A stretch of 49,016 nucleotides of DNA from Silvanigrellaceae bacterium (GTDB taxonomy: Bacteria > Bdellovibrionota_B > Oligoflexia > Silvanigrellales > Silvanigrellaceae): contig JBMSQQ010000013.1 of NCBI GenBank assembly GCA_049423385.1, positions 1-49,016 of the forward strand, in the 5' to 3' direction. Positions within the stretch are counted from its first letter, which is position 1, and every line of letters starts with the position of its first letter. The translations under genes were made by a program, and so were the position numbers. Shown in pieces: positions 18,099-27,286 of this stretch. The notes below the pieces were generated by a model that ran no database searches, was not told where the DNA came from, and saw only the letters and a program-made list of their open reading frames with translations.

Positions 18099-19556
18099 TT
18101 AAAGACCGCGCGTCAGTTTGATTCTTCCGAAGGTGTCGGTTGTGCCGTTTCCAAATTGACCAGACAAGCCACGGTAGTCGGTCTCGAAGCTTGAATTCAG
18201 CTCTTTGCTCAGGTCGACCTTGTAGATCGTTGGCTCTACATCTGTTCCCAAAGAAACGCTGACGTCATAGGTGCCATCGGCATTTTTCTTGATCATCGAG
18301 CTGTCGATGCCAATGGAAGCTTTTCTGTTTCCACCCTTCAATGTCGTCCAGTTGTTGTCATCATCCGGCATCGCGCTGGCTGCAAAGGGTGTTCCTTTGT
18401 CATCGAGGATGAGCGTGAGCCAGCCCTCGACGCTTTGCGGAGTGCTGCACGTGAAAGCGTTCGCAAAGGTTCCCGAACAAGTTGCCGTTTGCCAGGAATA
18501 GCCGCGGATCGAACCTGCTTTGCCCGCAAAAACGAAGAGTGAATCTTCAAACACGGTGGTAAAAAAGTATGCCCTGTCTGTTGGGAATCCAGGATTAGGC
18601 CCCTGGTCGGAACGACCTTTATTGTAGAAACGAAGCATGCGATTGACGTCGATCACCATGGTCAGATTTGACTTCTGACCTGCAGCGATTTTCAAGCCGT
18701 CCTTGATTGGAAAGTCGATATTGATGCTGTTTGCACGGCTCTCCCAGCCCTTGCTCAAATACATTTCCGTTTCCTGCGCGGTCACATTCTGGAAATCAGT
18801 GTGGCCAGGCTTGATCGACTCGTTCGTTGAGGCTTTGTTTGTCTGGGTGCAGTACTTTTGATAACCGAAGCTGTTGTTTGCAGTTGTTGCATCTGTTTGC
18901 TTGAATGTTGCACTCACGCAACCCTTGATTTTAGCCTTGGGTGCAAAAGTCACACTCAACGTGCTGTAATCACGCGCCGAGACATCGAGCAAACCTGCCG
19001 GTTGAGTGATGTCGATCAGCTCACCGCTTTCGTTTGTGAGCTTGCAGGAGCCATCTGCCTGAGGTGTGATGAGTTTTCCTGTCTTATCCACACCGCACTT
19101 GCAGGTTTCGCCCGCTGCCAAAGTGATCGGAGTCCCATCTGCTTTGTAGCAATCATAGGTGGTGAACAATTGGCTCAGGTCAATTTCCGAGCCGCTGATT
19201 TTGATTGACTTGCCTGTGTCACTCTTAAAGATGTTGAAATTCGCATCCGGGCCTTTGAGATCCATGCTCAAAATGCTGACTTCAAAACTGTCCGGTGCCC
19301 CCGATGCAATTGAATCCGGCTGAGCAGGCGACGTAGCCAGCTCATGCGAGCTCAATCCCAGCAGACTCGATGTGCCTCTGGTGTTTGAGTTTGCTGCCTC
19401 AAACGAAAGAGCCAATTGCCCCGTCAAAGCCGCTTCGGGAGATGTTTCGCCCGACTTTTTCTTTCCGCACCCAGCCAGACCGACACCAACAAAAACCATC
19501 GTCGTGGCACAAACCAACCGCCAACTCTTTGCGCGAATTGCAAACTTCAGAGACAT
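18099..19556 (-). CDS. Beta-rich, Cys-containing lipoprotein of unknown function
   Basis: Lipobox LAGC followed by GKKK; GGAGG SD; Thr/Ser/Gly-rich; 8 further Cys. Confidence 0.8.
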   Translation of the reverse strand: MSLKFAIRAKSWRLVCATTMVFVGVGLAGCGKKKSGETSPEAALTGQLALSFEAANSNTRGTSSLLGLSSHELATSPAQPDSIASGAPDSFEVSILSMDLKGPDANFNIFKSDTGKSIKISGSEIDLSQLFTTYDCYKADGTPITLAAGETCKCGVDKTGKLITPQADGSCKLTNESGELIDITQPAGLLDVSARDYSTLSVTFAPKAKIKGCVSATFKQTDATTANNSFGYQKYCTQTNKASTNESIKPGHTDFQNVTAQETEMYLSKGWESRANSINIDFPIKDGLKIAAGQKSNLTMVIDVNRMLRFYNKGRSDQGPNPGFPTDRAYFFTTVFEDSLFVFAGKAGSIRGYSWQTATCSGTFANAFTCSTPQSVEGWLTLILDDKGTPFAASAMPDDDNNWTTLKGGNRKASIGIDSSMIKKNADGTYDVSVSLGTDVEPTIYKVDLSKELNSSFETDYRGLSGQFGNGTTDTFGRIKLTRGL

Positions 19557-19736
19557 CACCTCGGAACCTCCCAATGAAAAACAACCCACATTCTGAAAAT
19601 GAAGGAGATTATGATAATAATCCCAGGTCTGTGTTCACGGGTACCATCGGAATGAGAATTCCTTTGCAGTTTCCGCCATCGGGGGTTGATGTCTCCGAAT
19701 TTTGACTGACTTATTGTTCAAGGAAAACTTTCGCTG

Positions 19737-20789
19737 ATGGTGGCTGCACTTGGGGAACGAGAAGTTTTTTTTGGACCCCAACGTGCACTGCTGCGTGCTT
19801 TGCTGCTGAAAGATGCAGATGCTGTCCGTGATTTTTCCAGGCGCTTTTGCCTTGATGTCGCGGAGATTCTTTCCGCCGACGTTTACGTTCCAGGCGAAGC
19901 CGTGCCTGCACTTTGGCATTTGACAGAGCAACTGTCAGAGCGCCATCCCCTGCTCCCGCTTGAAGCTTCCAGGCTGTTTCAATTCACCGATCTCGGAGAG
20001 CGCGGTTGGCTCCTTCTCGCTGCTCGTGATCTGCAAATGGCTAAAAGTGTGTTTCAGGAGTATTTTGCAGACATCAGCCTCAGGATTGTCGAAAACAGCG
20101 AATCCATCTCATTTGAATGGAGCCCTCGGCATCCGGTACCTGTCACAATTTCTTTCTATGCAGCATCCATTTGTCTGCATTTGCTCATCGGCCAAGGAAT
20201 ACCGATAGCTCGTCACGCAAACCTTTTACTCCCCCTGACAAGTCGACCGACAATTAAAAAAATTGAAAGCGTTCTGAGCGAAAGGCTTTGGGCTGACTTC
20301 GGATTGCGTCCAGCATACGCTGACCATGTGCTGACCGTGACGCTCGCCAGAGAACTTCTTTCCATCCCATTTCGTTCTGCAGACGCCTCTGTGTTTCAGT
20401 TCTTTTCTCAGCGGCTTGAAAAAAATCACAGTCGAACAAGGAGAATTGAGACAAATCTCAAACCAACAGATCTCCGGTTCAAAGTGAGGGAACTTCTTCT
20501 TCGAAACATCTCTCGACCCGACTACGGCAGCAAAGAGGTGGCATCCGAACTTGGATTATCAACACGAACTCTTGAACGCTCGCTCGCCCGCGAGAACTTC
20601 AGTCTTCGCGAAGTCAAGCAACAACTGCAGAGAGAAACCGCAGAAGAAATGCTGAGCATTGGCATTCGCGCCAAAGAGGTCGCTGAAAAAATCGGCTTTG
20701 TGGATGTCGCGGCATTCTCAAGGGCATTTCACAAATGGACAGGCATTTCAGCCACTCAATTCAAAAAGAGAATCAACAATGAACGGTAA
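19737..20789 (+). CDS. AraC-family transcriptional regulator (OruR/ArgR-type architecture)
   Basis: EVASELGLSTRTLERSL and EVAEKIGFVDVAAFSRAFHKWTGISATQF double HTH. Confidence 0.9.
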   Translation: MVAALGEREVFFGPQRALLRALLLKDADAVRDFSRRFCLDVAEILSADVYVPGEAVPALWHLTEQLSERHPLLPLEASRLFQFTDLGERGWLLLAARDLQMAKSVFQEYFADISLRIVENSESISFEWSPRHPVPVTISFYAASICLHLLIGQGIPIARHANLLLPLTSRPTIKKIESVLSERLWADFGLRPAYADHVLTVTLARELLSIPFRSADASVFQFFSQRLEKNHSRTRRIETNLKPTDLRFKVRELLLRNISRPDYGSKEVASELGLSTRTLERSLARENFSLREVKQQLQRETAEEMLSIGIRAKEVAEKIGFVDVAAFSRAFHKWTGISATQFKKRINNER

Positions 20790-21687
20790 GCAAATTCAGC
20801 GAAACACATACTCCTTCAACACGTTCGGAAGTCGACCCATCTTTCGCTATCTGCTGGTCGAACATCGGGATGCTTTTTTGCAGACTCTCGAAGGACTACA
20901 ATTGGCAAGCGAAGACGTATTGCAGGGAAACCGCATTCTGACGACCGAGGAACAGGGTTCACTGTTCGGATTGATGTGCCAATTGCGCGCTTCAGACAAA
21001 TTCATTGGTTTTCGATCAGCCAAGCTGCATGACATTCACGACTCTGGTCTTCCAGGAATTTTGGCCCGAAGCTGTGGAACCATTCGCGAACTTCTGGATT
21101 TGCATGAAAAGTATTACGTCAAACTCGATTCAGAAGGAGTTCTTGCGCATTTGGTCTTGAGCAAAGAAACGCTTGGTTACGCTTTTGAAAAGCTTGCCTA
21201 TGCTCCATTTGCCATCCAGGAATATGCACTTGCAAGCACATGGGTTGCACTGACTTCACTTTCACCCGAAGTCAAAAGCCACGTTCTCACATTCGAATTT
21301 CCAGGCACTGCCGAAGGACACGGACTTTCCCTGCAGGACATCTCCGATTTGGAACGCGAATTTTCAACCCGATTGGTGTTTTCAGCGGGTCGGCTCGCTT
21401 TGACTTTGAAAATTGCGGTACTGGAAGTGGCTATCCCGACGGTCGACCCCAGTTTGAAGCTACTTCTTGAAAGAAAGTTGCGGATTCTGACCAGCAACAC
21501 GTTGGCAGAAGACACCGAAGAACTTCGTTCGCAGGTCTTCACCGCTGTTCTTGAATTGCGAGAAGCATCCCAACCCATCACTATAGATGCAGTTGCGCAG
21601 TACATGGGTGTAAAAAGCGAAGCACTTTCATATGCTCTTCGCTCACACGGTATCCAATTCCAGAAACTGAAGTCTTTGGTGGAATAA
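20779..21687 (+). CDS. AraC-like ligand-binding-domain protein with only the first HTH
   Basis: GLPGILARSCGTIRELL and RLVFSAGRLAL domain motifs; ends after TIDAVAQYMGVKSEALSYALRSHG; overlaps the upstream stop. Confidence 0.7.
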   Translation: MNGKQIQRNTYSFNTFGSRPIFRYLLVEHRDAFLQTLEGLQLASEDVLQGNRILTTEEQGSLFGLMCQLRASDKFIGFRSAKLHDIHDSGLPGILARSCGTIRELLDLHEKYYVKLDSEGVLAHLVLSKETLGYAFEKLAYAPFAIQEYALASTWVALTSLSPEVKSHVLTFEFPGTAEGHGLSLQDISDLEREFSTRLVFSAGRLALTLKIAVLEVAIPTVDPSLKLLLERKLRILTSNTLAEDTEELRSQVFTAVLELREASQPITIDAVAQYMGVKSEALSYALRSHGIQFQKLKSLVE

Positions 21688-21868
21688 GTTCAAGCATCAA
21701 ATAACGGACACTTATCCCGCAATTTATTCGCAGCCGCCCCTGTCCTCGTCGTTCGTCGGTGCTCATGCCCGGCCCCCTCGCCGCATCCCTTCCGAACCAA
21801 GCCTCCAAATTCAGAACGATGTAATTATTCATTTTAATTGATTTTTTTAAAATTTATTTAACTTTTTC

Positions 21869-21895
21869 TAAAGTACCAACTCTTTTTTACGAAAG
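21869..21895 (+). promoter_or_regulatory. Putative sigma28 (FliA) promoter with AT-rich upstream element
   Basis: TAAA-N15-TACGAAAG versus consensus TAAA-N15-GCCGATAA, upstream of a flagellin; AT-rich tract at about 21822-21868. Confidence 0.5.
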
Positions 21896-21899
21896 TTCA

Positions 21900-22033
21900 A
21901 ATGTGAGTCACGGAACAACTCAGAGGGACTGAGAAAAGACTCACGCATTTGGAAAGTCTCAAGGTGAGGCAGACCGGATGAGCTTCAACTCAAGGGTTGA
22001 GTTGCGGCTGGAACTATCAGGGAGGAGTGTGTC
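21900..22033 (+). promoter_or_regulatory. Structured flagellin 5' leader with multiple GGA motifs
   Basis: GTGAGTC/GACTCAC outer stem, CTCAG-AGGGA-CTGAG hairpin, CAACTCAA-GGG-TTGAGTTG hairpin, 7 GGA triplets. Confidence 0.65.
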
Positions 22034-22882
22034 ATGGGACTTCGTATTAAAACCAACGTTGAATCTCTCGTCGCTCAACGTGGTCTCTCCAACAGCAATA
22101 CCGAGCTCAGCAACAGCTTTGAAAAGTTGTCGAGTGGTTTGCGCATCAACCGGTCTGCGGACGACGCCGCCGGACTTGCAATTTCCGAAAATCTCCGCGC
22201 AAAAGTTCGCGGTCTCAACCAGGCAAAACGAAATGCAAACGACGGTGTCTCGCTCGTTCAGGTTGCTGAATCTGGTTTGAGCGAAATGGGCAACATCATG
22301 GTTCGCATGCGTGAACTGACCCTGCAGGCAGGTTCAGACACGGTTGGCGAAAGAGAAAAATCATACATCCAAAAGGAATTTGATCAGCTCAGCCAGGAAA
22401 TCGACCGTATTTCCGACACCACCGAATTCAACGGACTGCAATTGCTTCGCCCGAACGACAAGCCCGACGGAATCAAGGTGCAGGTTGGTTACAACGGCAC
22501 GGAAAGCGACCAGTTGACGCTGAAATTCGGCGACAGCGCAGACGGAATAAATGCTGAGACTTTGGGTGTGAGGGATACGAATCTTGTCTCCTCCGATCGC
22601 GAAACGGTCGCGAAGAACCTGGAGGCCATCGATAAAGGTCTCGAAACCATTGCTTCCTCACGCGCCGTTCTCGGTTCGCTTCAGTCGCGCCTCGGGGCTG
22701 CAATCAACAACATCAGCCAAGGCACAGAGACCATGGCTGCCGCTTCCAGCCGCATCCGCGATGTGGACTTCGCCGAGGAAACAGCACGCCTCACTCAAAA
22801 CAGAATCCTCAGCCAGGCCGGCTTGGCTGTGTTGTCGCAAGCCAACACTCGCCCAGAAATGGCGCTCTCACTGCTTCGCTAA
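22034..22882 (+). CDS. fliC: Flagellin (short, D0/D1 core only)
   Basis: MGLRIKTNV, LSSGLRINRSADDAAGLAISE, RMREL, SRIRDVDFAEETA, QAN...LSLLR. Confidence 0.98.
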   Translation: MGLRIKTNVESLVAQRGLSNSNTELSNSFEKLSSGLRINRSADDAAGLAISENLRAKVRGLNQAKRNANDGVSLVQVAESGLSEMGNIMVRMRELTLQAGSDTVGEREKSYIQKEFDQLSQEIDRISDTTEFNGLQLLRPNDKPDGIKVQVGYNGTESDQLTLKFGDSADGINAETLGVRDTNLVSSDRETVAKNLEAIDKGLETIASSRAVLGSLQSRLGAAINNISQGTETMAAASSRIRDVDFAEETARLTQNRILSQAGLAVLSQANTRPEMALSLLR

Positions 22883-22975
22883 GCGTGTGAACTGAACTTT
22901 TGATGTCAACAAAAATGATTTTTTCTGAGCCGCTCAAGGGTTGAGCGGCAGGAAGAAAACCAGGGAGGAAGTGCC

Positions 22976-23848
22976 ATGGGTCTGAGAATAAAGAGCAACG
23001 TGGAAAGTATCGTTGCTCAGAGGCAACTGGGCAACAACCGGGCGGAAATGACGGACAGTCTTGAAAAGCTGTCATCAGGGCTCCGGATCAACAAATCGGC
23101 AGACGATGCTGCTGGTTTGGCTATCAGCGAGAGCATGAGAGCCCGCATCCGCGGTTTGGCTCAAGCGAAAAGAAATGCCAGCGATGGTGTCTCGTTTTTG
23201 CAGGTCGCTGAGGGCGGCTTGGGTGACCTCAATACCGTGTTGACCCGCATGCGGGAACTGACAACACAGGCAGCATCCGACACAATCGGCGCCAAGGAGC
23301 GCACATATCTCAATCGGGAATTCGAACAACTTGGCGAAGAGCTGAACCGAATCAAGGACAGCACCGAGTTCAACGGAATGAAGATTCTTTCCGGCGAGCA
23401 GGGAAGCGACCTTTCCATCCAGGTGGGTGCGAGTGCACCAAAGGACTCGGACGACTCGTCGGGAATCATCCAAATCAAGTTCGACAACTTGTCTGATTTG
23501 AACTCGGCACTGGGTGATCTGCCCAAGAGCATCGAAGGCGAAAGCGGGCAAGCACTTGGTGGTGGAGACACCAGTGAGATTTTCTCGGCCATCGACAGTG
23601 CAATGGACAAGGTCACGGATTTCCGTGCATCACTCGGTGCAATGCAAAGCCGGATGAACTCCACGATCACGGCCATCGATGTGAGCAGTGAAAATTTGAG
23701 CGCTGCTTCATCCCGTATCCGTGACGTGGACTACGCCTCGGAAACTGCACGTCTGGCTCAGTCCAAGATTCTCACTGCTGCGAGCACATCGGTGTTGGCT
23801 CAGGCGAATCAGTTGCCGGAAACAGTATTGACCCTGCTTCGGGGATAA
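22976..23848 (+). CDS. fliC: Flagellin paralog (short)
   Basis: Same N- and C-terminal flagellin signatures (LSSGLRINKSADDAAG, SRIRDVDYASE). Confidence 0.98.
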   Translation: MGLRIKSNVESIVAQRQLGNNRAEMTDSLEKLSSGLRINKSADDAAGLAISESMRARIRGLAQAKRNASDGVSFLQVAEGGLGDLNTVLTRMRELTTQAASDTIGAKERTYLNREFEQLGEELNRIKDSTEFNGMKILSGEQGSDLSIQVGASAPKDSDDSSGIIQIKFDNLSDLNSALGDLPKSIEGESGQALGGGDTSEIFSAIDSAMDKVTDFRASLGAMQSRMNSTITAIDVSSENLSAASSRIRDVDYASETARLAQSKILTAASTSVLAQANQLPETVLTLLRG

Positions 23849-23855
23849 CGTAACA

Positions 23856-23898
23856 GGGCGGGATGAATCTCTTCATCCCGCCCCTCGTTTTTTTTTTT
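23856..23898 (+). terminator. Intrinsic terminator after the flagellins
   Basis: GGGCGGGATGAA-TCTC-TTCATCCCGCCC 12-bp stem with a T11 tract 4 nt downstream. Confidence 0.88.
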
Positions 23899-23923
23899 GC
23901 GTCAAGCGTTTGAGGAATGACTT

Positions 23924-25408
23924 ATGGCTTTCGAACTCAAGCAAGGTATGCGACAAGCCCAGCAATTGGTTTTGTCGCCCCAAATCCAGCAGGCGATCAA
24001 GGTGCTGACACTCGGCCGCATGGAACTGGAGGAACTGGTTGCCGAAGAGCTTCGGCAGAATCCTTGCCTTGAAGAAGGTGAACCCAACGGGGAAGCCAAT
24101 GAAGCCGCCGAATTCTCGACGCAAGAAAAAATCGACAGCAACAACCAGGCTGAAGCCTCAAAAAGCGATTTGTCGGACGTCGACGAATTGCTTTCTCGCT
24201 TCCGCGAAATGCCTGGCGAGGAAAGCCTGCAAAGGGAATCCACCGAATCCGAATTCGATGCTCCGAGCTATGATCGCATCAATGTTGGCGAGGACAGTCT
24301 GCACGATTCGCTCGAAGAACAACTCCGGCTGATGCATCTGACCGAATATGAACTCAATTGCACAATGTTTTTGATGCAGTTCCTTGATGACAATGGTTTT
24401 TTCACTGGAAATCTCGAAGAACTTTCGCGCGAGCAAAACATTCTCATTGATGATCTCGAATACGCACTGAAATCTATTCAAAGGTGTGAACCCACCGGTG
24501 TTGGTGCAACATCCCTCAAGGAATGCCTGCTCCTGCAACTCGAACAAAAGGATGATCACCCGGTCTTGGCGAAACGAATCCTTGAAGAATGTTGGAAGGA
24601 ATTTGAAAAGCAGGATTTGCCGAAAATTGCGCGACTCCTTGCGAAACCGGTTGATGCAGTCAAGGACGCCCTGATTTTCATCCGGGAAAATCTCGACCCC
24701 AGGCCCGCCCGCCAATACGGCGGCTCCCAACAGCACGTTGTCTCACCCGACGTTTTTATCTTTCGTCGCGAAAACAGTTGGGTTGTGAGTCTCAATGAGG
24801 ATGGCTTGCCGAGACTCAAAATTTCAGCAAAATACGAAAATCTTGTGGAAGCCATCACTGCCGGCAAGAAAAAATCAGCCGATCCCAAAGCTCCTGACGC
24901 ATCTGAAAAAAACCTGAAGGAGTTTGTCAATGACAACATCAAAAACGCGCGTGCGTTCGTGAAAGCATTGGCAGACAGGAACAAGACAATCCTCAGGGTC
25001 ACCGAAGTCATACTCGAAAAACAGATCGAGTTTTTTGAAAAAGGGCCTGAGCACCTCAAGCCATTGACACTCAAAAGTGTCGCAGAGGAGCTGGGGCTGC
25101 ATGAAAGCACCATTTCCCGCACCACAAGCAACAAATACGTGCACACACCGCAAGGCTTGTTTGAACTCAAGCATTTCTTCAACTCCGGTATGAGCACCGA
25201 CAGTGGCTCAGAGCTTGCCAATGAAGTCGTCAAAGCCTGGGTCGCAGAATGCATCAAGGGAGAAAGTGAACAGAAGCCCTTCTCGGATCAGGAAATCGCC
25301 GATTGGATTCAAGAGTACAAAGAGGTCAAGATTGCCAGAAGAACGGTTGCCAAATATCGGGAGATGATGGGTATACTGCCCTCTTCGAAGCGAGTCAGAA
25401 GGTTTTAG
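23924..25408 (+). CDS. rpoN: RNA polymerase sigma-54 factor
   Basis: Q/L-rich region I, LHESTISR HTH, RpoN box ARRTVAKYRE. Confidence 0.98.
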   Translation: MAFELKQGMRQAQQLVLSPQIQQAIKVLTLGRMELEELVAEELRQNPCLEEGEPNGEANEAAEFSTQEKIDSNNQAEASKSDLSDVDELLSRFREMPGEESLQRESTESEFDAPSYDRINVGEDSLHDSLEEQLRLMHLTEYELNCTMFLMQFLDDNGFFTGNLEELSREQNILIDDLEYALKSIQRCEPTGVGATSLKECLLLQLEQKDDHPVLAKRILEECWKEFEKQDLPKIARLLAKPVDAVKDALIFIRENLDPRPARQYGGSQQHVVSPDVFIFRRENSWVVSLNEDGLPRLKISAKYENLVEAITAGKKKSADPKAPDASEKNLKEFVNDNIKNARAFVKALADRNKTILRVTEVILEKQIEFFEKGPEHLKPLTLKSVAEELGLHESTISRTTSNKYVHTPQGLFELKHFFNSGMSTDSGSELANEVVKAWVAECIKGESEQKPFSDQEIADWIQEYKEVKIARRTVAKYREMMGILPSSKRVRRF

Positions 25409-25513
25409 GGCCTCAGGGCCGAGGAATGGCATGCCAGTGTTGACTTGCCAGGTCGGATTCCCTATTGCGGGAGGATGCGCGAGGCATAATAGCCTCAAGC
25501 GAGAGGTGAACGA

Positions 25514-26005
25514 ATGGCCTGTCGGATCACAGACTACATGAAGCACGAATGGATTGCGCCAGACCTCAAGGCCACCGACAAGCCCTCCGTGCTCCTTGAA
25601 ATCGCAACGCACCTGAGCCGGGCAACGCCTTCATTGGATCTGATGGAACTGCACAGCAAACTGGTTGAGCGCGAGCAAAAGGCGAGCACCGGAGCAGACC
25701 ACGGAATCGCGATTCCGCACGCAACAATTCATTCAGCAGACCGCATTATCGTCTTGTTTGGAAAATCAGGGAAGGGTATTCCGTTCAATGCCCTGGACAA
25801 CTTGAATTCAACTCTTTTCTTTACCGTCATCAGCCCAAGCAATCCTCATCCGGGCGATGCGAGCTACCTCCAGTTGATTTCAACAATTTGTCGCCTGATG
25901 CGCTCCGGGACATTGCGCGATAAACTGACCAGCGCCCAGTCGGCAACAGAGGTGCTCGAAATCCTGCGCAAGGAAGAAGATCAGAAGCTGGGTTTGACAC
26001 CCTGA
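25514..26005 (+). CDS. ptsN: PTS EIIA (Ntr/fructose-type)
   Basis: ERE..STG..HGIAIPH phospho-His motif; directly after rpoN. Confidence 0.88.
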   Translation: MACRITDYMKHEWIAPDLKATDKPSVLLEIATHLSRATPSLDLMELHSKLVEREQKASTGADHGIAIPHATIHSADRIIVLFGKSGKGIPFNALDNLNSTLFFTVISPSNPHPGDASYLQLISTICRLMRSGTLRDKLTSAQSATEVLEILRKEEDQKLGLTP

Positions 26006-26026
26006 GACCCACGAAAACCTGGAGAG

Positions 26027-26929
26027 TTGATGCAGAACAAGGAATCGCAGGCTCTTTCAAAAATAATCATCATCAGTGGAATGGCAGGTTCTGGAAAAAG
26101 TGTGGCGTTGCGCGCATTGGAGGACATAGGATTTCATTGTGTCGACAACTTGCCGGCTCCGCTGCTTTCCGGTTTCACTGACGCCATCGCAGGTCAACAA
26201 TTTCACACTCCACTCGTGGCATTGGCGCTGGACGCACGCGATAAATCCATGCCTGCAACCCTGACGCAGATCTGGACACGGCTCAATTCTGTTGCCCAGG
26301 TTGAACTCCTCTTTCTTGAAGCCGATGACAGCACTCTGCTCAATAGATTTCGGGAAACAAGGCGCACCCACCCGCTCTCGCAACACGGTTCTGGACTCGC
26401 TGCTGATTCACTTGCGGAAGCCATTTCTCTTGACGCTGAAATCCTGGAACCGGTGCGGACTTTGGCAACACGCGTGATTGACACCAGCAAAATCTCATCG
26501 CAAATGCTCAGGCAAATTATCCTGCACAATTATTCTCCTTCTGCCGGAGAACTCGAAATCGCCGTGTTGCTTGCATCATTTGGATTCAAGCACGGTGCTC
26601 CTGTGGACCTCGACACTTATTTCGACGTCCGCTGCTTTCCGAATCCCCACTATATTCCTCACCTTCGCCCCCTGACCGGCCTCAGCCCCGAGGTTTCGGA
26701 TTTTGTCCTTCGCGACCCGCAGGTGTTGAAATTTCTGGAAAAAACGACAGATTTGTTGAGTTTTCTAATCCCTTTGTACCGTTCCGAGGGCAAAAGATAC
26801 CTTGGCGTGGGTGTCGGCTGCACGGGAGGAAAACACAGGAGTGTCGCTATCGTTGAGGAATTGGGCAAAAGATTGAGACCGATTCTGCCGAACCTCAAGA
26901 TCGAACACAGGCACTTCGACAGGGAGTAG
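26027..26929 (+). CDS. rapZ: RNase adapter RapZ / P-loop protein
   Basis: ISGMAGSGKS, VDNLP, RFRETRRTHPL, SFGFKHG, DVRCFPNPH, GCTGGKHRSV. Confidence 0.96.
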   Translation: MMQNKESQALSKIIIISGMAGSGKSVALRALEDIGFHCVDNLPAPLLSGFTDAIAGQQFHTPLVALALDARDKSMPATLTQIWTRLNSVAQVELLFLEADDSTLLNRFRETRRTHPLSQHGSGLAADSLAEAISLDAEILEPVRTLATRVIDTSKISSQMLRQIILHNYSPSAGELEIAVLLASFGFKHGAPVDLDTYFDVRCFPNPHYIPHLRPLTGLSPEVSDFVLRDPQVLKFLEKTTDLLSFLIPLYRSEGKRYLGVGVGCTGGKHRSVAIVEELGKRLRPILPNLKIEHRHFDRE

Positions 26930-26932
26930 GTC

Positions 26933-27286
26933 GTGACCGAGCACAAAGCCAGAGTCAAAGTTATGAATCCCTTGGGACTTCATGCGAGGCCAGGGGTGAG
27001 CATCGTGAAATGCGCACAGGCGCATCGGCCCACCGTCCTTGAATTGCATTGTTTATCCAACAATTCAAAGGCAGTAGGGCACTCGCTCCTTTCCATCCTG
27101 AGCCTTGGCGCCGGCCGCGATTGCGAAATTGAACTCATATGTCGAGGACCACGTGCCGATGAACTCCTTAAGGCCGTAAAATTTCTGTTTGATACAGATT
27201 TTGCTGAGCCAAAGGAGGCAAATGAAGGCGAGTTCCAGGAAGACTCTCCTCGGAGTCCCCATATGCAACGGGTTGGTGGTCGCTAA
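26933..27286 (+). CDS. ptsH: Phosphocarrier HPr/NPr
   Basis: NPLGLHARP (His15) and HSLLSILSLGA (Ser46 region). Confidence 0.9.
   Translation: MTEHKARVKVMNPLGLHARPGVSIVKCAQAHRPTVLELHCLSNNSKAVGHSLLSILSLGAGRDCEIELICRGPRADELLKAVKFLFDTDFAEPKEANEGEFQEDSPRSPHMQRVGGR

Noticed and set aside
21581..21832. 83-aa minus ORF or possible GGA-rich antisense RNA upstream of the flagellins
   Set aside because: No SD, overlaps the AraC-like gene, and no clear GGA-loop hairpins or terminator
25409..25513. TGGCATGCCA palindrome after rpoN as a sigma54 promoter, or an hpf remnant
   Set aside because: No GC at the -12 position, and the spacer is too short with no HPF similarity
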